Source: Chloroflexota bacterium
GTDB lineage: Bacteria; Chloroflexota; Anaerolineae; B4-G1; DUEL01
DNA: 64,000 nt
Reading direction: 5' to 3'
NCBI GenBank assembly: GCA_014874475.1
Contig: JADBJJ010000008.1
Coordinates: forward strand, 104,322-168,321
Each line of letters starts with the position of its first letter. Position 1 is the first letter of the stretch. This document shows positions 57,011-64,000 of this stretch, one piece after another. Below the pieces are notes generated by a model. It was not told the DNA's origin, did not search any database, and was given only the letters and a program-made list of their open reading frames with translations. Both the position numbers and the translations under genes were made by a program.

Positions 57011-57694
57011 CTAATCTCCACTTCCTTGTTTGGGAAGTCTGGAGATCAGCCACGAGACAAACCCATCCGTGGAACGGGTCTGGAGAAGGACGCGACCCGG
57101 ACCGGTCAGGTCCACCACCAGCCCCTCGCCGCTAAAAAAGGTTGATTTCAGCCCGCCCACCCGACGGACCTTGAAGCCGATCCCCTCGGTAAAGGCCACC
57201 AGATGGCCGGTATCCACCGTGTGCGTTTCCCCTGCCCCCAGATTGACCTCATGGATGGCGCCGAAGGAAGAAAGGAGCAGTTTGCCCGTGCCGGAGGCCC
57301 GGAGCATAATCAGCCCCTCGGAGGCGAAAAAGGTCTTTGCCCCACCCCATTTGGTATCCAGATTGACGCCCGCCTCTGAAGCCACATAGGCGCCAGATTG
57401 GACCATCAGACTCTCGTTGCGCAGTTCCAGGACGAAGAGGTCGCCAGGGAGGATCGGGGCCACGGTCACCTCGCCACCGCTGGCCGGGGCACGGAAGGTG
57501 TTCTGGAAGAAACTCTCGCCTGCCAGAACGGAACGGGCCAGCGACTTGAGGATGCCGCCTGCGGCTTTCGTCTCCACCACCACGCCCTGGGACATGCTGA
57601 CCATGGCGCCTCCCTCCACCCGAATCTCCTCGTTCGGACCCAGACGGATGACTCCCAGGGAGTAAGACGGACGATACAGAATGTTGACTTCCAT
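57011..57694 (-). CDS. AIM24/TIGR00266 family protein
   Basis: 227 aa. Typical AIM24 beta-rich pattern. Confidence 0.7.
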   Translation of the reverse strand: MEVNILYRPSYSLGVIRLGPNEEIRVEGGAMVSMSQGVVVETKAAGGILKSLARSVLAGESFFQNTFRAPASGGEVTVAPILPGDLFVLELRNESLMVQSGAYVASEAGVNLDTKWGGAKTFFASEGLIMLRASGTGKLLLSSFGAIHEVNLGAGETHTVDTGHLVAFTEGIGFKVRRVGGLKSTFFSGEGLVVDLTGPGRVLLQTRSTDGFVSWLISRLPKQGSGD

Positions 57695-57755
57695 TTTTCT
57701 CCTTATTCTTGAATATGGTAGTTGACAGGCTGATCAATTGGGTGGCGGCGACGGA

Positions 57756-58454
57756 TCAAGGCGCACCCGAACCGCCGGCCAGCCGCTCCCGCACCAGATA
57801 GATAGTGGGCAGGCCCAGCAGCGTCACCGCACCCTTCAGGAGAACATTGGCCCAGAAGATAGACCAGACCGTGGTAACGGGCAACCGTCCCCCAAAAGCA
57901 CCCCAGCAGAAGATGAGACTATCCAGCGGGACACTGATGACATTGCTGGTCAGGACCCGCATCCACTGAAAGCGCCTGGTGATGCGGGTCACCCAGAGGT
58001 GATAGATTTCCGTATCGGTCAGTTCGCTGAAGACTTCAGCGATAATAGAAGCGACGACAATCCGCCAGACAGGGGTGAGAACGGCCGCAAACTCCCGTTG
58101 GAGCGACCAGGTGGGATCGGGAGGAAGCCAGGCCGCAAAGGCGAAAAGGGCTGCCATGACCAGATTGATGACCCCGGCCGCAGCGATGATGGCCCGCGCG
58201 GCGGCCCGTCCCAGCACTTTGTGTACCAGGTCCCGCAGGGTGAAAGTGAACGGGTAGATGAATGTTCCAGCGTCCACGCTGAAGCCCGCCACCCAGGCAA
58301 TCTTCAGGCTGAGGACATCGGAGAGCATCTGCGCAGCGATGTAGGCAGAAACAGTCAGCACACCTGAAAGGGACACCCGAGAGACCTCCTGCAGGTTTAT
58401 CTCCACAGACGACAGAACGCGCACAGGTCCGGCACGGTAGTCGGCTGGCCGCAT
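57756..58454 (-). CDS. queuosine-precursor transporter-like (YhhQ/VUT family, DUF165) membrane protein
   Basis: FIYPFTFTLRDLV... region matches the YhhQ core. Start uncertain; the ORF extends to 58628, overlapping ttuA. Confidence 0.6.
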   Translation of the reverse strand: MRPADYRAGPVRVLSSVEINLQEVSRVSLSGVLTVSAYIAAQMLSDVLSLKIAWVAGFSVDAGTFIYPFTFTLRDLVHKVLGRAAARAIIAAAGVINLVMAALFAFAAWLPPDPTWSLQREFAAVLTPVWRIVVASIIAEVFSELTDTEIYHLWVTRITRRFQWMRVLTSNVISVPLDSLIFCWGAFGGRLPVTTVWSIFWANVLLKGAVTLLGLPTIYLVRERLAGGSGAP

Positions 58455-59311
58455 TGAGGACAGGGATGCATCGGCGGCGGCTCCGTTGCCTCTCCGCAGA
58501 AGAAGCCCTCCTCCCGAGCCCGCAGGAAGCCCTGATAGAACTGCAATTTCGCCCCTGGCGACTCTGTCTCCATCCGTGCCAGCAGGTCTTTGTAGAAATT
58601 GGTCAGATTCCCCACCGCGTAGGGGCATTCATCGTAAATGTAATCTATGCCTCGGACCAGGGCGTAGGCGGCGACCTCCCGTTCGTAGGAGCGACAAAAC
58701 GGTTTGACCTTGCGGGTCATCCCTTCCCGCTCCACCAGCACCGGCGCCTGACGGGCCAGGTACCCCGTCTGCCAGTGGAGCAGATTGCTCAGGAGGACGG
58801 CCACCTCGTCATCCAGGTTGTGGCCGGTCGCCAGGACCGTGTACCCATGCTCCTGAGCGATGCGGTTCATCTCATGCCGTTTGATAAGACCACAAACAGA
58901 GCAGGGCTTGCCTCGTCCACGCAGTTTCCGACTGGCCACCTCGGGGATCGCCTCGCCATAGAGAGCCGCCACGTCCACCACATGGAGTTGGACACCCGGA
59001 CGGCCCGCCAGAAAGGCCTGAATTTTCTCGCGGGAGAGGCGGGAATAGCCAAAACCGCCGTCAATGCCCAGGTCAATGTAGAGACCATCGGCCCGATAGC
59101 CCAGTCGGAGAAGCACGTCCCAGAGGCTCAGGCTATCCTTGCCGCCGGAGACGGCGACCAGAATCCGCTCGTCCCGGCCCAACATCCGGTACTTGCCGAT
59201 AGCCCGTTCGGTGTAGGAGACGAACCACTCTGGGAAGTGCTCCTCGCAGAGGGCCAGTTTGTGGTGCCGCATATTGATGACGGCGGGTCGGTTACACTTT
59301 CGGCATTTCAT
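58397..59311 (-). CDS. ttuA: tRNA 2-thiolation protein TtuA/NcsA-like (PP-loop ATPase with Zn fingers)
   Basis: PP-loop SGGKDS. N-terminal CRKC...C..H and C-terminal CPQC...CAFC zinc fingers. Confidence 0.8.
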   Translation of the reverse strand: MKCRKCNRPAVINMRHHKLALCEEHFPEWFVSYTERAIGKYRMLGRDERILVAVSGGKDSLSLWDVLLRLGYRADGLYIDLGIDGGFGYSRLSREKIQAFLAGRPGVQLHVVDVAALYGEAIPEVASRKLRGRGKPCSVCGLIKRHEMNRIAQEHGYTVLATGHNLDDEVAVLLSNLLHWQTGYLARQAPVLVEREGMTRKVKPFCRSYEREVAAYALVRGIDYIYDECPYAVGNLTNFYKDLLARMETESPGAKLQFYQGFLRAREEGFFCGEATEPPPMHPCPQCGQPTTVPDLCAFCRLWR

Positions 59312-59363
59312 TGGAGTTTTTACGGCGAAAGCAGGCACCGGCGAGCCGTTGCCTATCCAGCAC

Positions 59364-59927
59364 TCATCGGCGGGCGCGCCGGGCCCGGTACGCACTCAGC
59401 GCGCCGTCCAACTGCTGAGAGAGTTCCATCCAGTCCTCTACCAGCAACACCAGCCCCGTCCCGTTGGGCAGGAAGAGGTGACGATCAAACCAGAGACGGA
59501 GCCACCAGGGGGGCACCGGGTATCCCTTCAGGTCCACCAGCACGGCCGTCATATTCCAGTAGGCCAGGGGCCAGCGGCGAGCGGCCCGGTCCTTCTGGGG
59601 ATCAAAGACCTTCGCCATAGGCGCCAACCGGGTCCGCTCCACCCGCCGGTAGGAGATGAGCAGAGGCATCAGCGGCCCCTGCAGGCGCAGACCGGTCGGC
59701 TCGCAACGGACGTGCGCAACCCGCGGGGCGAAATGGCCATACACAAAGAGGACCACACCCGCCAGCGCGGCCAGTATGGCCAGCGGCCGCAGCGGCGTGG
59801 GCCCTAAGAGGCGCGGGGAAAAAAGCCAGAACGCTCCCACAATAAAGGCCGTCAGCAGTCCCAGCGAGCCCCAGCGCCGCAGCGGGGTGTAGACCAGCAG
59901 AGAAAAACGGGCTGCGCGTCTCTTCAT
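59364..59927 (-). CDS. hypothetical membrane protein
   Basis: Two N-terminal TM helices and a soluble tail. No family recognised. Confidence 0.4.
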   Translation of the reverse strand: MKRRAARFSLLVYTPLRRWGSLGLLTAFIVGAFWLFSPRLLGPTPLRPLAILAALAGVVLFVYGHFAPRVAHVRCEPTGLRLQGPLMPLLISYRRVERTRLAPMAKVFDPQKDRAARRWPLAYWNMTAVLVDLKGYPVPPWWLRLWFDRHLFLPNGTGLVLLVEDWMELSQQLDGALSAYRARRARR

Positions 59928-60116
59928 CCCCTCTAACCGATCAGAAAAACTGACTCACAAACCAGTTCCGCTTCCCCTTCAGTCCCAGACGAACCCTGTG
60001 CGCGGAGTCGGAGGGGTCGGCGGGCGGGGCTTCGCCGGCCCGCTGAACCCCTTCCCTACCCCATCTTGTGCTATAGGGCCGTTCCGCGCTCCTCGCGACC
60101 GGCGAAGTGGGACCTC

Positions 60117-61478
60117 TCAGAACTCCGTTGCGCCGGTGAAGTGAAAGGCAGAGATTTTCAGCGCCGGCGCTCGCACCACGGTGAAATCTGGGCGCTCGCA
60201 GTGAACCCGCCGCCCCACCATCTCCACATTTGCCAGTGCCTCCACATAACTCTGGGTGAAGCGCAGATTGCGCACCGGCACCGTAATCTCGCCCCGCTCA
60301 ATCAGAAAGACCCCGTCTCGCGTCATCCCGGTGACGACAGCCCGGCGGGGGTGGACGACGCGCGTGTAGTGGAAACGGGTCACATAGAGACCATAGTCGG
60401 TGGCAGCGATCATCTCCTCCACTGTATATTCGCCCGCCCCCATCATCGGGTGGAAGGGCAGAGGGCCGGCCGAGGCCGTCATCCACGGAGAGAAAGGATT
60501 GGCGGCTGGCAAAGCGTGGCCCGTCGGCGTCTTTCCCGTGATGGCGGCCCAGCGCCGGTCGTAGACAGGGCTACCGACCCGGCCTTCCCGGATGACATCT
60601 ACCCGCTGCCGGGGCATACCCTCAAAGTCAAAGGGCAGCGGCCAGCCTGCCGGGTCCCGTCCGTCGTCCCAGATGGAGACAGCGGGAGTGGCGACCGGTT
60701 CCCCTTCCTCCCGCCCTGTCATCCAACTGCGCCCCTCGGCGACGGCCATTCCGCCCGCCATTCCGGCGATGAAATCCACGATATCGCCGACAGCGTAGGG
60801 CTCCAGGACCACCGGATAGACCCCCGGCTCCAGTGGACGCGGGTTTCGGCCCCGCAAGGCCTTCCCGATGGCCTCCTCCCCTAAGGCGACGACGTCCACC
60901 TCCGCCACCTTCCAGGACGAGCCAGCGGCATACCCGGCACTGTCGTCGGTCATCACCACCGTGGTCAGGTCGGCGATGGTGGTCGGGTGGTAGACGAAAA
61001 CGCCGTGGCTATTGGCGACGGCGAATTCATGGACGGCGGTCCGGAATGCCCCCGACGCGTTGACCCCGGCTTCCTCCGCCCGCCGGCAGACTTGGGCAAC
61101 GTCTCGCGCCCGGTCGTCGGGCGTGTACGCGGCCGTCCGCTCGTCAAAGGCCGCGACCGGCTCCACCGGCACCGGGTCCGGCAGGCCGGGATAGTTGGGG
61201 TCTTCGGGCTGGAGACGGGCTGCCCGGATGGCCATCTCCAGAGCCCGCTCCAGCCCGGCATCGGAGAGGTCGTTGGTCACGCCCACACCGGTCCGGCGGC
61301 CCACCGCCGCCCGGACCACTACCCCGGCGTCCGTCTCCGCGACGTTCTGGTGAATGATGTTATTAGCGAAACGGGTCAACCGCTCCTCCAGGCCGAAGAA
61401 CAGCACTTCCGTCTCGTCGACCTGGGAACGAGCCAGAACCCGACCGACAATTTCGCGAATGGCCTTTTCTCCCAGCAT
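60117..61478 (-). CDS. pmbA: TldD/PmbA-family metalloprotease (PmbA/TldE-like)
   Basis: 453 aa, PmbA_TldD fold. GAGGGAG RBS. Confidence 0.8.
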   Translation of the reverse strand: MLGEKAIREIVGRVLARSQVDETEVLFFGLEERLTRFANNIIHQNVAETDAGVVVRAAVGRRTGVGVTNDLSDAGLERALEMAIRAARLQPEDPNYPGLPDPVPVEPVAAFDERTAAYTPDDRARDVAQVCRRAEEAGVNASGAFRTAVHEFAVANSHGVFVYHPTTIADLTTVVMTDDSAGYAAGSSWKVAEVDVVALGEEAIGKALRGRNPRPLEPGVYPVVLEPYAVGDIVDFIAGMAGGMAVAEGRSWMTGREEGEPVATPAVSIWDDGRDPAGWPLPFDFEGMPRQRVDVIREGRVGSPVYDRRWAAITGKTPTGHALPAANPFSPWMTASAGPLPFHPMMGAGEYTVEEMIAATDYGLYVTRFHYTRVVHPRRAVVTGMTRDGVFLIERGEITVPVRNLRFTQSYVEALANVEMVGRRVHCERPDFTVVRAPALKISAFHFTGATEF

Positions 61479-61566
61479 TTTTCTCCCTCAACTTTTATCA
61501 CCAGGACGCAAAGGGGCCAACGAACTCAAAAGGGACTTCCTGGCTTTGCGTCCTTGGGGTGAAAGA

Positions 61567-61731
61567 CTACGCCTCCGGCACAGGCGCGGTCGGGCTGATG
61601 CGGCGAATTTTTTCTATCAGCCGCCGCCGCTGGGCCGAGTCCTTCGTCTGAGCCAGTCGCTGACGCAGATGGCGCAGTTTCCGCTTACGGTTCCTTCGGC
61701 GAATGCGCTCCCGATCTGGTTCCCGTCGCAT
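61567..61731 (-). CDS. small (54 aa from the ATG; 62 aa from the GTG at 61755) extremely basic Arg/Lys-rich protein
   Basis: AAGGAGG 5 nt upstream of the ATG at 61731. About 45% R+K. Sits between pmbA and tldD with 88-nt and 10-nt gaps. Confidence 0.45.
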   Translation of the reverse strand: MRREPDRERIRRRNRKRKLRHLRQRLAQTKDSAQRRRLIEKIRRISPTAPVPEA

Positions 61732-61765
61732 CCGAACCTCCTTGACACGTTTCACGTTTCACGCC

Positions 61766-63235
61766 TTACGCCTTACTCCCCACTTGCACATTGCGGAAAC
61801 GGGCCGGAGCGGCACCGTGACCGGTGTGGGCGATCTGGATGGGTTGACCCTTGCCGCAGTTGGGCGTCCCCCAGACCCGCCAGTAGTCCGCGTTGCAAAT
61901 GGCGTCGCAGGAGCCCCAGAACTGCGGCGTCATACCGGTGTAGAGAGCGTTTTTCAGCAGGCGCACCATCTTGCCCCGACGGATTTCGTAGGCGATCTCG
62001 GTGCCGAACTGGAAATTGAGCCGCTTATCGTCTATAGACCAGGAGCGGTTCATTTCCATGTAGATGCCCTCATCGGTATCGGCGATCAGGTCCTCAAACG
62101 TCCACTCCCCCGGCTCCAGATTGATATTGGTCATCCGGACCAGCGGGATGCGGTCCCAGCCTGAGGCGCGCATAGCGCCGCCGGAGCGGGCCTGCGTCGG
62201 GTCCAATCCGCGCAGACGGGCTAACCGAACCGCCGTCTCCCGGGAGCTGAGATAGCCGACAAAGATGCCCTCCCGCACCAGCGGCACCCGCTGGGCCGGC
62301 ATCCCTTCGTCATCGTAGCCGAAGGTTCCCAGGCCGCCGGGAATAGTGGCGTCGGCGGTCAGGTTGACGATGGGGGAGCCGTAGCGGAAGACGCCCAACT
62401 TATCCGGGGTGAGAAAACTGGTGCCCGCGTAGGCCGCCTCGCTGCCGAAGACCCGGTCCAGTTCGGTGGGATGGCCGCAGGACTCGTGGACCTGCAGGGC
62501 CAGTTGGGTAGGCCCCAGGATCAGCGTGGTGACCATCGCCGGGCAGGGGTCGGCGGTGAGCAAAGCCACCGCCTCCTGAGCGATGCGCTCGGCGTTTCCG
62601 GGCAGGTCCATCGCCAGGACAATCTCCCAGCCGCCGGTGCGCTGATCCCGGGCGAAGGAGTTGGGGTAGGAGCGCTGCTGCATATCCTGCTCGTCCACCG
62701 CATAGGCGACGATCCCACCGCCGGTCTCCACGATTTCCTGCTCAATGTAGGAGCCCTCAGTGCTGGCAAAGGTCTTGTTCTCCCGCCAGGCAACCACCGC
62801 CCCCCGGGCTACCTGGACCCCCGGCACCCGCCGCATGGCCTCATCCGCTGCCAGGAGCAGGCCGATTTTCTCCTCCACCGGCACCGCGAACGGGTCTATC
62901 TGGAAGGGAGTCCGGTAGGTATCTACGTGGACCTCCGGGGGGCCCAGGTCTACCGGCTCCCGGAGCGCGGTGGCGCTGGCCCGGGCGATGCGGACCGCCT
63001 CGGCGGCGACCCGTTCCACTTCCTCGCGGGTCAGCGTACTGCTGGCAGCAAAGCCCCAGGCGCCGTCGGCGACGACGCGGACGCCGAAACCGCGAGTCTC
63101 CGTTTCAGCCAGATGGCTGACTGCGCCGTTGCGCACTTCCACCTGCTGGGTAAGCCGGCGGACAATGCGGATATCAGCGTAGGTGGCGCCCCGCAGGCGC
63201 GCCGTATCCAGAGCAAGATCGGTGAGTTCTTTCAT
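61766..63235 (-). CDS. tldD: TldD-family metalloprotease
   Basis: 489 aa. HESCGH zinc motif. AGGAGAGGAGG RBS. Confidence 0.85.
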   Translation of the reverse strand: MKELTDLALDTARLRGATYADIRIVRRLTQQVEVRNGAVSHLAETETRGFGVRVVADGAWGFAASSTLTREEVERVAAEAVRIARASATALREPVDLGPPEVHVDTYRTPFQIDPFAVPVEEKIGLLLAADEAMRRVPGVQVARGAVVAWRENKTFASTEGSYIEQEIVETGGGIVAYAVDEQDMQQRSYPNSFARDQRTGGWEIVLAMDLPGNAERIAQEAVALLTADPCPAMVTTLILGPTQLALQVHESCGHPTELDRVFGSEAAYAGTSFLTPDKLGVFRYGSPIVNLTADATIPGGLGTFGYDDEGMPAQRVPLVREGIFVGYLSSRETAVRLARLRGLDPTQARSGGAMRASGWDRIPLVRMTNINLEPGEWTFEDLIADTDEGIYMEMNRSWSIDDKRLNFQFGTEIAYEIRRGKMVRLLKNALYTGMTPQFWGSCDAICNADYWRVWGTPNCGKGQPIQIAHTGHGAAPARFRNVQVGSKA

Positions 63236-63318
63236 TACCTCCTCTCCTTATCAGAGAGTTTGTTTAAGAATTCGTTTGTTTGCCGTGTTGACCTCTCAAC
63301 CAAAGAGAAAATTCGCGT

Positions 63319-63963
63319 TTACCTGCGTTCATCTGCGCCCGATTTCTCCTCCAGCGGCGCGCGGGCGATGAGGACAGGTCGCCCCGCCGCCTCCGCCACC
63401 TCCACGGCGACGTTGGGCCGATAGATCCGCCGCAAACTGCGCGCTGAATACGGTGAGCCCACTCCCACCAGGTCGTATTCCCCCTCCCGAATCTCTTTGA
63501 GAATTTCGTGGACGACGGGACCGTGCCGCACGCGCACCTCCGTCTCCACGCCCATCCCCCTCAGCGTCTCCAGCGCCTCTCTCAGTCGGCGGGCCTGAGG
63601 CGTATCCGTCTCCAGCAGGTGGGACCAGTGGCTCTTCACCTGATTCGCCACTGGATACTCCAGCGTGACCGGCTCCACGACGTTGAGCAGGGTGACCGTT
63701 GCCCCAAAAGCCCGCGCCAGCCAGCCGCCGATCCGGACGACTCCCTCCGCGTAGCGCAGTCCCCCCGTACAGAGGAGCATCCGCTCCAGCCGCATATGGG
63801 CTTCGGCGACGTGCAGGACCGGCGTCGCTACTGTTGTCAGCAATTGGCAAAGGGTACGAGCCCAGGCCAGACGAGATGTCATCGGGCCGACGACCGTCAT
63901 CGTCCCCTCCTGCGCCAACGGTGTGATGGCCTTCCCGAGCCGGCCTGCCTGGACTCGACGCAC
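63319..63963 (-). CDS. universal stress protein (UspA family)
   Basis: Usp fold motifs (GATVTLLNVVEP, VGVGSPYSARSLRR..VAVEV). Start uncertain; it may be internal at about 63798, or the gene may extend toward the window edge. Confidence 0.6.
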   Translation of the reverse strand: MRRVQAGRLGKAITPLAQEGTMTVVGPMTSRLAWARTLCQLLTTVATPVLHVAEAHMRLERMLLCTGGLRYAEGVVRIGGWLARAFGATVTLLNVVEPVTLEYPVANQVKSHWSHLLETDTPQARRLREALETLRGMGVETEVRVRHGPVVHEILKEIREGEYDLVGVGSPYSARSLRRIYRPNVAVEVAEAAGRPVLIARAPLEEKSGADERR

Positions 63964-64000
63964 GTACGGGATAGACGCCTCCGCCAGACGGCGCTCCGTC

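Noticed and set aside
63236-63318. GTTTGTTT-rich low-GC stretch between usp and tldD as a possible repeat element
   Set aside because: It has only two short tandem GTTTGTTT units. It is more simply the promoter/RBS region of tldD (AGGAGAGGAGG before the ATG).
1-64000. tRNA, rRNA, CRISPR arrays, IS elements/integrases
   Set aside because: I scanned intergenic gaps (e.g. 11698-11786, 36000-36158, 48177-48455, 51560-51749, 53694-53830, 59928-60116, 63236-63318) by eye. I found no cloverleaf-like arrangement, no regularly spaced direct repeats, and no transposase or integrase motifs. Short structured RNAs cannot be excluded without covariance-model scans.

Overview
This is a high-GC (about 65-70% by eye), gene-dense bacterial chromosomal segment with about 56 supportable CDS. 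I recognised no rRNA, tRNA, CRISPR array, transposase or integrase. The gene content (GH57 enzyme, giant GT-C/DUF2298 membrane proteins, an FrhB-like Fe-S protein, TtuA, ETF) fits a thermophilic Chloroflexota-like organism best, but that is only an inference. Layout: (i) 1-10.3 kb, plus strand: acyl-CoA dehydrogenase-etfB-etfA with a hairpin terminator, a PHP phosphoesterase, PSP1/RicT, a PIG-L deacetylase, then a two-gene unit bounded by a promoter and a terminator. That unit is an MtaD-family deaminase fused to a CYTH (triphosphate-tunnel) domain, followed 15 nt later by a DEAD/DEAH-DUF1998 (MrfA/YprA-like) helicase whose C-terminus carries an HNH-type CxxC..HH..N..CxxCH motif. (ii) 10.3-44.1 kb, almost all minus strand: GH57, DUF1028, and a roughly 31-kb glycan / protein-glycosylation locus. 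The locus holds a 1542-aa GT-C::DUF2298 fusion, a second PMT/ArnT-like GT-C, a CAP-domain secreted protein, a SAM-dependent methyltransferase, a membrane hydrolase, a cupin, an AAA ATPase, a class V aminotransferase, a flavodoxin, coaBC, a CPBP protease, DUF1616, 2 GT4, 4 GT2 (one polyprenol-phosphate-sugar-synthase-like), a Wzx flippase, a polymerase-like membrane protein and an FG-GAP-like secreted protein. It is headed by a 600-bp AT-rich non-coding island with a textbook TTGACT-17-TATAAT promoter about 340 nt upstream of the first ATG. (iii) 44.6-64 kb, minus strand: a chimeric ecfA::ecfT ORF, saccharopine dehydrogenase, an orphan M.TaqI-like N6-adenine DNA methyltransferase, def, a cNMP-binding/bPH_2 membrane protein, an FrhB-like 4Fe-4S protein, an orphan family-5 solute-binding protein, era, a lipoprotein metallophosphoesterase, AIM24, a YhhQ-like transporter, ttuA, pmbA, a tiny very basic ORF, tldD and usp. 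The best candidate for an undescribed system is the 5.6-10.3 kb deaminase::CYTH + helicase-HNH pair. It resembles the adenosine-deaminase + NTPase logic of RADAR but shows no evident homology to it. A 22-nt motif (GTGCC[A/T]GGC-N5-6-AAAAGTG) recurs three times, each time 25-60 nt upstream of a start codon. Coordinates I read by hand (promoters, hairpins, motifs) may be off by 1-2 nt. The ORF track appears to show GTG/TTG starts as M, so several true starts are uncertain.
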